Under the pieces are notes generated by a model. That model saw only the letters and a program-made list of their open reading frames with translations. It ran no database searches and was not told where the DNA came from. Below are positions 42,969 to 51,833 of a DNA stretch of 64,000 nt, one piece after another. How positions within the stretch are numbered: the first letter of the stretch is position 1; every line of letters begins with the position of its first letter. Origin of the DNA: an uncultured Solirubrobacteraceae bacterium (GTDB lineage Bacteria; Actinomycetota; Thermoleophilia; Solirubrobacterales; Solirubrobacteraceae); the NCBI GenBank assembly GCA_963740075.1, contig CAVUCP010000005.1:273288-337287 (forward strand). Reading direction: 5' to 3'. The position numbers were made by a program, and so were the translations under genes.

Positions 42969-44054
42969 CTAGGTCCTGACTGCCTGCGCCCCGTTGTGTG
43001 GGAGGCGGGCGCGTGCGAGGTCTCGCGCGCCCTTCAGAGCGGGCCGCAGCCGGCTGCGATAGAGATAGCCCGGCAGAGCCTCCGTCCGGTAGGCCCATAT
43101 CTGCTCGCGGGGCCGTACCTCGGAGGTCCAGCGCTCCTTGTACGGTTCGCGTTCGCCGAGGAAGTCACATGCCCGTAGGCCCTCCTCGATGCTGCGGCGC
43201 ACAACCTCCGCGGCCAGCACGGTTCCCGGCGCGAGCCGACGGTGGGACTCGTTGAAGCAGGTCTTCAACATCGTCGCGACGCCGGCGAAGGCGCAGCCGT
43301 AGCTGGCGGCGATCACCTCGCCGTCGAGTTCCAGCAGATCGAGTCGCAGCCAGCCCTTTCCCGCCGCGTCCCGCGCGAAGCCGAGGTAGAGCCCCTCCGC
43401 GTCTGCGTTGCCGAGGATCGACGTCCCGGCCCTTCCCTTCCAGCCGGACGCCTCGAGTCGCAGAAATGTCTGCACGTCGCGCTCCAGGTCGGGGCCCCCG
43501 CACGACGTCCTGAGATTTGCCCGGCCCGCACGCTCGAGCGCACGCCGCCGCTGGCGTATCTCCGACCTGAATTTCCGGCTGACGCCGGCCAGCATCTCCT
43601 CCCAGGAGCCGGGGAGCGCGAGCCACGGGGAATACGGCCCGGTTCTGCGCACCGCACGGTATCCCGAGCTCTCCAGGGCGTCGCCGAGAGTGTCAGCCGA
43701 GGCCGGCTCGAGGACCCGGTCGAGGTGGATCCGGCTGGCGCCGAGGCCGAGGATCGATGTCCACATATCCCTCCGTGCCTGCGCATCGCGGGCCAGGACA
43801 CCCCAGTCCCCGCTGAGTTCGTCGGCCGCCGACGCGAGCCCGTTGCCCCTGGTCCGCTGCAGGCACGCGCCGGCGCGCATCGAGCCGTCGTCGTCGTGGC
43901 ACACGACCCAGATCGGATGCTCCCCGGTCCCGAATGCGTGCCACCAGCGGCCGAGCCACTCGTGTGTAAGGAACGGGCTCCCTGCCGACAGCGCGAGCTC
44001 GTCCCAGGCCGGGGCGAGCACCCCGAGTGCGTCGTATGTGCGGGTCAACGGCAC
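42969..44054 (-). CDS. GNAT-fold protein, CelD/BcsL (Acetyltransf_6) family
   Basis: AWDEL, PFLTHEWL, LEASGWKG, APGTVL, DFLGEREPYKERW; start uncertain (an AGGAG+ATG just upstream is out of frame). Confidence 0.8.
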   Translation of the reverse strand: MPLTRTYDALGVLAPAWDELALSAGSPFLTHEWLGRWWHAFGTGEHPIWVVCHDDDGSMRAGACLQRTRGNGLASAADELSGDWGVLARDAQARRDMWTSILGLGASRIHLDRVLEPASADTLGDALESSGYRAVRRTGPYSPWLALPGSWEEMLAGVSRKFRSEIRQRRRALERAGRANLRTSCGGPDLERDVQTFLRLEASGWKGRAGTSILGNADAEGLYLGFARDAAGKGWLRLDLLELDGEVIAASYGCAFAGVATMLKTCFNESHRRLAPGTVLAAEVVRRSIEEGLRACDFLGEREPYKERWTSEVRPREQIWAYRTEALPGYLYRSRLRPALKGARDLARARLPHNGAQAVRT

Positions 44055-44287
44055 CTCATGGCTCCTACTCGTGCGCGCCGCCCCGCCGATGGAGCGGTGC
44101 GGACGATTGAACATCGGCAGCGAGAGCCGGCCGATCAAGGCACGGGCGCGTTCGCCCACCCGCGAGGGCGCCGCGCTTGACAATCTCTAGATTCTCGATA
44201 CACTTACTGAACAATGCTTGTTCAAGGCGACACTCCGCCGGCTCTCGCCCCGATTCCAGCGGTCGCATCGGTGGTACCGCGGTGATC

Positions 44288-44395
44288 ATGCTGGCCTGGC
44301 TCGCACTCGGGGTCCTCGCGTTCGTACTTCTTGCAGTGATGGCATTGGTCGCACTCATGCTCGCGGGTCCCGGCGGAGAATGGCCGAGGAGGTAG
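44288..44395 (+). CDS. Putative 35-aa single-TM small protein
   Basis: MLAWLALGVLAFVLLAVMALVALMLAGPGGEWPRR*; directly upstream of the next small ORF. Confidence 0.4.
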   Translation: MLAWLALGVLAFVLLAVMALVALMLAGPGGEWPRR

Positions 44396-44398
44396 CCG

Positions 44399-44611
44399 GT
44401 GGACAGCAAAGGGCGGCAACTCGCACTCACGCCGCATCAGATCAAGCGCATCCAGGAGCTGCCACGGGATCACACGCTGGTGAGCGGGGCGGGATGGGCG
44501 CCCATCGTGCGCCGCCCCGACGGGCGGCTGCTGCGTGTTCGCTCGAGCGGGCGCCTGGTCCTGACGAGCCCCGTGCAGAGCGTGCAGGGCTACCTGCACG
44601 TCAACGGCTGA
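44399..44611 (+). CDS. Small hypothetical protein (70 aa)
   Basis: Strong GAGGAGG RBS before GTG; GC3-rich codons. Confidence 0.6.
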   Translation: MDSKGRQLALTPHQIKRIQELPRDHTLVSGAGWAPIVRRPDGRLLRVRSSGRLVLTSPVQSVQGYLHVNG

Positions 44612-44632
44612 CCCGCGTCCGCGGCTCCCGGA

Positions 44633-45265
44633 CTAGGCGCGGGTTCGGCGCTGCGCGGCCGCGCGGGCCAGCAGCGCGCTGGCGCCGCTCGCCGGGAAAT
44701 CGGCCATGTCAAGCCGCCAGCGCACCTCGCGACCCACGTCGCCGGGCGCCTGCGCCCTGGCCGGCCGGGTGCCCAGGTTCCTGAACCCGAGACGGGCGGG
44801 CACCCTGCCGCTCGCGACGTTCGCCTCATCATGGTGTATCTCGACGTGGTCGACGTCGGCGAGCGCGAGCGCCGTCCGCGTCAGGGCCGCCGCCGCCAGC
44901 GTGGCGACACCCCGGCGCGTGTGATCCACGTGCACCCAATAGCCGAGCTCGAGCCCGCCCGGTGCGATCCTCCGCATGAGACCCGCGCTGCCGAGCACCT
45001 TCCTGCCGCGGTCCCGGACCGAATACTCGAAACGATCGCCGCCTCGCCAGCCAGCCTCACCTGCCGCGAGGAACTGGCCGACCGAATCGCGGTCGTTGCG
45101 CGACGCCCACGGCATCCACGGGCGCAGATGCCCGATGGTGCCCGACAGGCTGGCCAGGAGCACGTCGAGGTCCTCCTCACGCCAGCGAACCAGGATGAGA
45201 TCGCCGACCTCCAGCGCGGCGGGCGGCCGGATGATCGGTTTCGCAGGCCCATCCACGATGACCAT
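44633..45265 (-). CDS. RimJ/RimL-type GNAT N-acetyltransferase
   Basis: HLRPWMPW, ELGYWV, RRGVAT, NVASGRVPARLGF. Confidence 0.85.
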   Translation of the reverse strand: MVIVDGPAKPIIRPPAALEVGDLILVRWREEDLDVLLASLSGTIGHLRPWMPWASRNDRDSVGQFLAAGEAGWRGGDRFEYSVRDRGRKVLGSAGLMRRIAPGGLELGYWVHVDHTRRGVATLAAAALTRTALALADVDHVEIHHDEANVASGRVPARLGFRNLGTRPARAQAPGDVGREVRWRLDMADFPASGASALLARAAAQRRTRA

Positions 45266-45325
45266 GATGCCGCCGGGCGAGGAACCTCGCTACCGAACGG
45301 GCCCGCGCTCGGCAAGATGTTCGCC

Positions 45326-45805
45326 ATGCTGACCCTTCGCCCGTTCGAGGCAGCCGACGATGACGCGCTGATCAGCTGGGTCCGCTCGGCGGAGGAGCTC
45401 CTCACGTTCGCCGGGCCGGAACTCGCCTGGCCGCTCACCACTTCCCAGCTGCAGACGATCCGCGCGCGTTCGGATACGACCGCCTGGACGGCGGTGCTGG
45501 CGCCCGCGTCGGCACCGGTCGGCCACATCGAGCTCGTCATCCCCGCCGCCTACCCGCGCCGCGGCCACCTCGCGCGGGTGATCATCGATCCAGCACGCCG
45601 GCGCTCGGGCATGGGCCGCAGCCTGGTGTCGGCAGCGCTCGAAGAGGCATACGCACGGGGCCTTGACCCGGTGACGCTCAACGTCAGGCGCGGCAACGAT
45701 GCAGCCATCAGCCTCTACACCGCGCTCGGGTTCCGCCGCATCGACACACGCCCGCAGGACCCCCATGTGCTGCGCATGGTGCTCGCGGCCGGGAATGCGC
45801 GGTGA
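45326..45805 (+). CDS. GNAT N-acetyltransferase
   Basis: LRPF, FAGP.LAWPL, ARVIIDPARRRSGMG, NDAAISLYTALGF; alternative start 45317. Confidence 0.82.
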   Translation: MLTLRPFEAADDDALISWVRSAEELLTFAGPELAWPLTTSQLQTIRARSDTTAWTAVLAPASAPVGHIELVIPAAYPRRGHLARVIIDPARRRSGMGRSLVSAALEEAYARGLDPVTLNVRRGNDAAISLYTALGFRRIDTRPQDPHVLRMVLAAGNAR

Positions 45806-45817
45806 GCTGAGGCCGGA

Positions 45818-47833
45818 TCAGCCGGCGAGCTCGTGCGCCACGCGCGGCACCGCGTCCGCGGAGGGCCCGTGAGCGCTCGCGTGCCCGAGCCCGTGGGGCG
45901 TCTTCTCCCAGTAGAACGGGTTGCGGATCAGCTGGACGAGCGCCCTCCACGCGGCGACTGAGTGAAGTACCCAGTAGAGGGGATTCAGCAGCGCGTACGG
46001 CGCGGAGCGCCAGCCGTGCTCGCGCATCGCGGCGATCAGGTTCAGGGCGATCATCACGCCATTGCCGATCAGGAGGTTGACCAGCGCGATCGTCCAGAAG
46101 GTGCCCGAGTCCAGCAGTGGCAGGCGCGGCTCGCCGAACCCGTACCAGGCAGCGGTGCCGATCCACATCACGGGCGCGAGCAGGAACGTGAGCGGGGTGC
46201 CCGCGATGAGCAGCAGGAAGCCGAGCGCATCCACGATCCCGACCTGCCGGACCAGGCGGCGCGGGGAGCGCATGTGTACCAGGGCGGTCTGCATGTACCC
46301 CTTGATCCACCTTGTCCGCTGGCGGATCCACGGGCGCATCTCCGCGCACGCCTCCTCCTCGGTGTCGGAGTCGATGACCCCAACCCGGAACCCCTCAACG
46401 GCAGCGCGCAGGCCCAGGTCCGCGTCCTCGGTGACGTTGTGCGGGTCCCACCCGATCAGCGCGCGCAGCTCGGGCACCCTGAAGTGGTTCGAGGTGCCGC
46501 CCAGTGGGATCGGGAGACCCATGCGGTCCAGTCCCGGGAGCATCGTCCCGAACCAGTAGCCGTACTCGAGGCTGAACATCCGCGTGAGCAGGTTCGTCGT
46601 GTAGTTCCAGTAGCGCAGCCGCGCCTGCATGCAGATCGTCTTCTCCCCCGCCTGGTCGAACGCCGCAACCGCCTTGCGGAGCTGCTGCGGGTCGGGCCTG
46701 TCCTCGGCGTCATAGATGACCAGGAGGTCGCCGCGCGCGAGGAAGAGGCCCACGTTGCAAGCCTTCGGCTTGGTCTTCGGCTGCGCGTCGGGCACGATCA
46801 CCAGACGCACCGTTGCCGGTGGCTGGGCCGCCCTCGCAGCCTCGATCGTCTCGGTGTCGTCGGACTCGAGCAGGACCAGCACCTCGAGCTTCTCGGCCGG
46901 ATAGTCGAGCGCGCCGAGGTTGCCCATCAGCTCACCGATGACGTTCGCCTCCCTGTAGACGGGCACGAGCACCGTGTAGAACGGCAGCTTCCTGTCATCG
47001 CGCTCGGCGAGCGATTCGGTCACGCGCGCCCCGAAACCGACCCCCACGAGACAGGCGACGAGCTTGAACATCACTGCCGCCAGGAACACTACGTTCGCGC
47101 CCGCGACGATCACGGCCACGGTGAGCTGCCACTGAGCAAGCAGGCCGATGAGGATCAGGGTCCCGATGACGGCCAGGCAGCGCTTCTGCCCCACCGACCA
47201 TCCTCCCGCCGCCGATAGGTCCGGGCGCTGCTCCAGCAGCTCCCCGGTCGACTGCCGCACGATGTGCTCGCGGAAGCACAGGACGATCGTTCGCTCGATG
47301 TCGAGCGGCGTCGTGGTCCGGAGGTTCAGCTTCGAGCCGGGCCCGAGCCTCTCGAGCACACGCGCCCGGAGCTCCGGGGTGGGTGGCTCGCAGGTAGCGA
47401 CGATGGTGCGGTCGCCTTCGGTGCAGACCGGCACCCACCCCTCCGAAAGCAGCAGCTCCGGGTCGAAGCTGCGAACGAGCGCCTCGTCGACGTCCGTGTT
47501 CAGCAGGTCGATGAACGGCAGCTGCCACTGCTCGCCCAGTGCCCGCTGGAGACCGAGGCGGTGCACGCGGCCCGCCGCGAGCAGGATCTGCCCGATCCGC
47601 TCCCCCGTCTCATCCTGGCGCCTGAGCGCCCATGCGAGCGTCTCACGGTCGATCATGCCCGATGCGAGCAGCGTCTCCCCGATCGGCGTGGGCCCAGCCT
47701 GCGTCCGTGTGTCGGTGCGGCGCCTGCGCGGGCGCCGCGCATCGCCGGCGTCGGCGCGACGGACACGAATGTCCTGCGCCGCCGCCGCGGGCGCGAGGGA
47801 TCCCTCTTTGGCAAGGGTGCGGTCCATGTCCAC
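45818..47833 (-). CDS. Processive GT2 glycosyltransferase with N-terminal MshEN/GspE-N domain
   Basis: IGETLLASGMI...ALRRQ...RIGQILLAAG (MshEN repeats); LVPVYRE, KPKACN, YDAED, VTEDADLG, QRTRW; C-terminal TMs and WEKTPHG. Confidence 0.88.
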   Translation of the reverse strand: MDMDRTLAKEGSLAPAAAAQDIRVRRADAGDARRPRRRRTDTRTQAGPTPIGETLLASGMIDRETLAWALRRQDETGERIGQILLAAGRVHRLGLQRALGEQWQLPFIDLLNTDVDEALVRSFDPELLLSEGWVPVCTEGDRTIVATCEPPTPELRARVLERLGPGSKLNLRTTTPLDIERTIVLCFREHIVRQSTGELLEQRPDLSAAGGWSVGQKRCLAVIGTLILIGLLAQWQLTVAVIVAGANVVFLAAVMFKLVACLVGVGFGARVTESLAERDDRKLPFYTVLVPVYREANVIGELMGNLGALDYPAEKLEVLVLLESDDTETIEAARAAQPPATVRLVIVPDAQPKTKPKACNVGLFLARGDLLVIYDAEDRPDPQQLRKAVAAFDQAGEKTICMQARLRYWNYTTNLLTRMFSLEYGYWFGTMLPGLDRMGLPIPLGGTSNHFRVPELRALIGWDPHNVTEDADLGLRAAVEGFRVGVIDSDTEEEACAEMRPWIRQRTRWIKGYMQTALVHMRSPRRLVRQVGIVDALGFLLLIAGTPLTFLLAPVMWIGTAAWYGFGEPRLPLLDSGTFWTIALVNLLIGNGVMIALNLIAAMREHGWRSAPYALLNPLYWVLHSVAAWRALVQLIRNPFYWEKTPHGLGHASAHGPSADAVPRVAHELAG

Positions 47834-48119
47834 GGGTCGGATCGGCTCGCGCGAGCGCTGACCGCGGCCCGGGAAGGCTGGACGAATGTCTTAGGGAAAC
47901 CCGTCCGCCCCATAGGACGGGAGCGTCTCGAACTCTTCGGGAGCCGCTCCGGCGCCTGCCGGCCGCGAGCGCATCGCAAGGGCGCATCTCAGCTTTACGG
48001 ACGGCGGAACGGTAGTCCTGATCAGAGCGCCGCGGCAAAGATCGCTTCGGAGCCGGTCAGTCCTCGCCTAGGTTGAAGGTGCGCGACCGGTGGACCCGAA
48101 ATTCGCGCAAGGAGGAGCC

Positions 48120-48689
48120 ATGCGCCCGCCATCCCCAACCACTTTGGACCCGCTGACGCGTGCGGAGCGAGGGGCAGGCTCGCGGCCCCGCGCGGCGCCG
48201 ATTCGCGTGGTTCTCGCCGAGCAGGACACCTGTATCCGGCGGGACATGCGCAGTCTGCTGCACGGCTCCGGCCACGGGCTCTTCGAGGTCGTGGCCGAGA
48301 CGAGCGACAGCGCGGGCGCTCAGCGCTTTGCTCACGCCCACCAGCCCTGCGTCGTCGTGCTCGACCTCGACCTGCCGGGCAATGAGCGCAGCGTGATCGA
48401 CACCATCCGCAGCGAGTCCCCGGATGCACGGATCGTGGTCCTCGCGATGCAACAGGACGCGGCGGGAATCTGTGACGCGCTCCGTGCCGGCGCGACCGGC
48501 TATGTCCTGAAGGGACGCGGCCGCGAAGCACTGGCACACGCCGTGCGATCCGCGGCGGCGGGCTACGGCTACGTGGTCCCGGCGCCGGCCTACGCCACCG
48601 CTCCGGCGCGCGGTGAGAGGCGGCCGGGGTGGCCCGGCGCGGGCCTGCGCGCCGACGTGCCGCGTACCCGGAGCGTCGCGGGCTCCTGA
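48120..48689 (+). CDS. Stand-alone, atypical NarL-type receiver domain protein (no HTH)
   Basis: AAGGAGGAG RBS; IRVVLAEQD, VVLDLDLP, RIVVLAM, GATGYVLKG; low-complexity tail. Confidence 0.72.
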   Translation: MRPPSPTTLDPLTRAERGAGSRPRAAPIRVVLAEQDTCIRRDMRSLLHGSGHGLFEVVAETSDSAGAQRFAHAHQPCVVVLDLDLPGNERSVIDTIRSESPDARIVVLAMQQDAAGICDALRAGATGYVLKGRGREALAHAVRSAAAGYGYVVPAPAYATAPARGERRPGWPGAGLRADVPRTRSVAGS

Positions 48690-48705
48690 TCCCGCGCTGC
48701 GTGCG

Positions 48706-48721
48706 AGTGACCCATGTCACA
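48706..48721. promoter_or_regulatory. CRP/GlxR-like binding site
   Basis: AGTGA-CCCATG-TCACA; 9 of 10 matches to TGTGA-N6-TCACA; intergenic. Confidence 0.5.
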
Positions 48722-48776
48722 CAGCTGCGACTCCTGCTGCGCAAAGCTCGTAGAAACACGCAACGAGGGGGTTGTC

Positions 48777-48878
48777 GTGGCAGCGTTCAGGCTCATGGTG
48801 TTCCTATATATCGCGGTCCTCGGCGTCATCGCGACGCTGGGCGTCTATGTGCTCGTCCAGGGGGCCAACCACCTCTAG
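48777..48878 (+). CDS. Putative 33-aa single-TM small protein
   Basis: GAGGGGG RBS, then GTG: MAAFRLMVFLYIAVLGVIATLGVYVLVQGANHL*; below the ORF-track size cutoff. Confidence 0.5.
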   Translation: MAAFRLMVFLYIAVLGVIATLGVYVLVQGANHL

Positions 48879-48886
48879 GGCGGGCC

Positions 48887-49534
48887 TCATTGCCACCTGA
48901 CGCCCTCCCGCACGACGGCGGCCGGGTTCCCGACCGCGAGTGCGGCCGGCGGGATGTCGCGGCTCACGACGGCGCCCGCGCCTATGACGGCGCCGTCTCC
49001 TATCGACACGCCCTTCAGGATGCAAGCGCCCGCCCCGACCCAGACCTCGTCCCCGATCCGGACCGGTGCGTCCTGCCTGCTCCGGCCCTCGAGCCGGTGG
49101 AAGTCCGCATCCATGATCAGGACGTCCCATGCGATCGCGCAGCCTGAGCCGATCGACACGTCCATCGCGCAGATCACCCGCGTATCGCCGCTGAAGTAGC
49201 TTCCGTCACCGATCGTCACGCTCGCACCCGGCCCCACGAGGATCCTCGTGCCGTCCCCCAGTCGCACTGTGCCCTCGCACGCGAGCGTCGCGCCGCTCTG
49301 CAATTCGATGGTCGTCGGCATGCCGCGAGCCACGAACCCAACGTGGGTGGGGCTGTCGCCGAGGTTCAGACGGCCTGTCACGCACAGGCGTGCGCCCGGC
49401 CGGCGGATGATCCGCGAGCGAAGATTCCCGACCACCGGCAGCTGCCATGCGGGCCGGTCGGCGTGGCGCGACAGCCACAACCCGACCGCGGCCTTGCGCA
49501 CGTGCCTGGACACGTCCTGCGGCGACGTGGTCAT
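48887..49534 (-). CDS. Hexapeptide-repeat (LbH) O-acyltransferase
   Basis: IGDGSYF, IMDADFH, APVRIGDEVWVGAGACILKGVSIGDGAVIGAGAVV, GNPA. Confidence 0.88.
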   Translation of the reverse strand: MTTSPQDVSRHVRKAAVGLWLSRHADRPAWQLPVVGNLRSRIIRRPGARLCVTGRLNLGDSPTHVGFVARGMPTTIELQSGATLACEGTVRLGDGTRILVGPGASVTIGDGSYFSGDTRVICAMDVSIGSGCAIAWDVLIMDADFHRLEGRSRQDAPVRIGDEVWVGAGACILKGVSIGDGAVIGAGAVVSRDIPPAALAVGNPAAVVREGVRWQ

Positions 49535-49670
49535 CGCCGGCCCTTCAGAGCTGGTCGCGCGAGCATCGCGGCCGCAAGAGCCCCCGATCGAACCGGGATG
49601 CCGCCCCCGCGCCGCGCGCCCTGGAGGCGGCGACGCGGGGCGACATCTCCGGTGCTGGTTCGGAGTGCGT

Positions 49671-50567
49671 CTAGCGCACCCCGTGGGTAAGCATCGCCTG
49701 CTCGACGTCGTACGCGTCGTTTTCCTCACCTGTGGCGTTCGGGTGCACCGGCACGCCGGTCAGCGAGCCGAACAGCGGTTCGATCCAGCGCACACCGACC
49801 GGTTCGCACGCGTTGTGGCCTTTGCTCGGCTTGAACGTGTTGACGAACACGGCGCCATTCGCCTGCGCCTCTTTCTTGAGCAGGCCGTTGCCGCGGGTCT
49901 CAACGGAGTGGAACCACTTCAGGTCCGTCGTCGTCCACGGTATAGCGGTCGGGCAATAGCCTTCGGTCGGCGTGATTTCGGGATATCCGACGACGAACAC
50001 CTTCGCGCGCGGCGAGATTTCGTGCACTTCGCGAAGCGCCTGTTCCGCGGGACCGAGGTCCTCAGCCTGCACTTCCCTGACGAATTTCGCGTAGAAGTGT
50101 TTGCACGGCGCTCCGACGTTGCCGGCGAAGTAGTCGGCCTCCGTGCAGCCTTCGACGAGCGTTCCGAAGAGGTCGTGGTCGTTGCCGCCCATGCCGATCG
50201 TCACGACTTCCGTCGACGGACCGAGAGCGTCGAACTGTGGCGGCTGGTCGGGGAACTGCGCGACCGTGAAGTTTTCCGTCTTCGCCCCACCGCAGCTCAC
50301 GTCGGTGAGCGACAGGTTCAGCGCCGCTGCCACCAGATGCGGATAGTTCGCGGTCGACTGGCCGCATTCCGGCGGTGCGGTCGGCGAGTAGGGCAGTATC
50401 CCCGGCCCCGCGGTATACGAGTCGCCCATCGCGACATATGACGCGCCGCTCGCGCTCGCGGCCGCGGGCAGCGCGGCACTGAGGACCGCGGCCATGGCGA
50501 TGAGCACGACGCCGGCCTTCTTGCGACGGCGCGTCCTCCCTCCGTCCTGGTGATGGACTGTTGTCAT
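49671..50567 (-). CDS. Secreted SGNH/GDSL hydrolase (SEST-like)
   Basis: Signal peptide; YVAMGDSYTAG, SCGGA, GMGGND, VGYP, VHPN. Confidence 0.88.
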   Translation of the reverse strand: MTTVHHQDGGRTRRRKKAGVVLIAMAAVLSAALPAAASASGASYVAMGDSYTAGPGILPYSPTAPPECGQSTANYPHLVAAALNLSLTDVSCGGAKTENFTVAQFPDQPPQFDALGPSTEVVTIGMGGNDHDLFGTLVEGCTEADYFAGNVGAPCKHFYAKFVREVQAEDLGPAEQALREVHEISPRAKVFVVGYPEITPTEGYCPTAIPWTTTDLKWFHSVETRGNGLLKKEAQANGAVFVNTFKPSKGHNACEPVGVRWIEPLFGSLTGVPVHPNATGEENDAYDVEQAMLTHGVR

Positions 50568-50740
50568 GTCTCCCTCTCTCCTCGTGAGACGTGCCCTGTG
50601 CGAACACAACCGTAGGGAAGCCCTGAACGGCGGCGAGCACAAGCCTGCCCGACGAACGTAACGAGTCGCGCGAGTGGGTGTCAAGGGCAGCGCCCCCTCG
50701 CGGGCCCCGCGCGCCCGGGTGAGGCCCGGTGGCGTGCTAT

Positions 50741-50754
50741 CTTGTATCTACAAG
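50741..50754. promoter_or_regulatory. Palindromic operator, copy 1 (probable MarR site)
   Basis: CTTGTA-TC-TACAAG with perfect 6-bp arms at the gene start. Confidence 0.72.
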
Positions 50755-51791
50755 TGAGCCAAACGGCCGAACACCCAACCGTGAGGGCAGTCGCCGAAGG
50801 CGCCGGACGCAGGCGCTACTCAGATGCAACGCTCGACGCAGCTGAGCTCCGGGAGCTGTGCCTGAGCGCGGGGGCGGACGACGTCGGGTTCGCCTCGGCC
50901 GACGACGAGACACTCGCAGTGGACCGCGCAGACATCGAGAACGCGCTGCCGGGCGCGAGAAGCTTGATCTCGATCTGCGTTCGGATGAACCGCGAGAGCG
51001 TGCGCAGTCCGATGAGGAGCCTCGCCAACGCCGAGTTCCACGCGACCTACGAGGACTCGACGGAGGTGACGAGGCGGATTGCCCGCGAGCTCGAGCGCCG
51101 CGGAATCCGGGCCGCCGTGCCGGCCAGCGGGTTCCCCCAGGAGATGGACCGGTTCGGAGGCAAGGCGTGGGTGGTGTCGCACAAGCTCGTCGCACTGGCG
51201 GCGGGCCTCGGGCGGATGGGGATCCACCGAAACGTCATCCACCCAAGGTTCGGCAACTTCATCCTGCTCGGCACGGTGCTGCTGGAGCCGTCCATCTCTG
51301 GGTACAGCACGCCACTCGAGTGGAATCCATGCCTCGAGTGCAACCTTTGCGTGGCCGCGTGCCCGGTCGGGGCGATCGACAAGTCCGGGGAGTTCGACTT
51401 CATGAGCTGCTACACGCACAACTACCGCGAGTTCATGAGCGGCTTCACGAGCTGGGTCGAGCAGGTGGTCGAAGCCGACGATGCCCGCGACTACCGGGAG
51501 CGCGTCAGCGACCACGAGACCGTGTCCATGTGGCAGAGCCTCGCGTTCAAGCCGAACTACAAGGCGGCGTACTGCGTCTCGGTCTGCCCCGCCGGGGAGG
51601 ACGTGATCGGTCCCTTTCTCAACGACAGAAAGCAGCACATCGAGCGCGTCCTGCGCCCGCTCCAGAAGAAGAGCGAGACGGTATACGTGCTCCCCGACTC
51701 GCCGGCGGAGGCTCATGTCGCAAAGCGATTCCCGGACAAGCGCACCCAGCGTGTCAGCAACGGGCTCGTGCCGCCGCCGGAGCCTGGGTGA
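50754..51791 (+). CDS. QueG-like 4Fe-4S dicluster oxidoreductase
   Basis: GADDVGF, SHKLVALAAGLG, HPRFGNFILLG, CLECNLCVAACP, CYTHNY, YCVSVCP. Confidence 0.75.
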   Translation: MSQTAEHPTVRAVAEGAGRRRYSDATLDAAELRELCLSAGADDVGFASADDETLAVDRADIENALPGARSLISICVRMNRESVRSPMRSLANAEFHATYEDSTEVTRRIARELERRGIRAAVPASGFPQEMDRFGGKAWVVSHKLVALAAGLGRMGIHRNVIHPRFGNFILLGTVLLEPSISGYSTPLEWNPCLECNLCVAACPVGAIDKSGEFDFMSCYTHNYREFMSGFTSWVEQVVEADDARDYRERVSDHETVSMWQSLAFKPNYKAAYCVSVCPAGEDVIGPFLNDRKQHIERVLRPLQKKSETVYVLPDSPAEAHVAKRFPDKRTQRVSNGLVPPPEPG

Positions 51792-51813
51792 CGCGCCCGC
51801 GGCCGCGCCCGTC

Positions 51814-51827
51814 CTTGTATCTACAAT
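51814..51827. promoter_or_regulatory. Palindromic operator, copy 2, overlapping a TACAAT -10 box
   Basis: CTTGTATCTACAAT; TACAAT lies 6 nt before GTG 51834. Confidence 0.72.
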
Positions 51828-51833
51828 CCCAGG

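Noticed and set aside
50754-51791. Naming the gene queG
   Set aside because: Only the general fold and Fe-S motifs match; the context and C-terminal Cys pattern differ, so no symbol was assigned.
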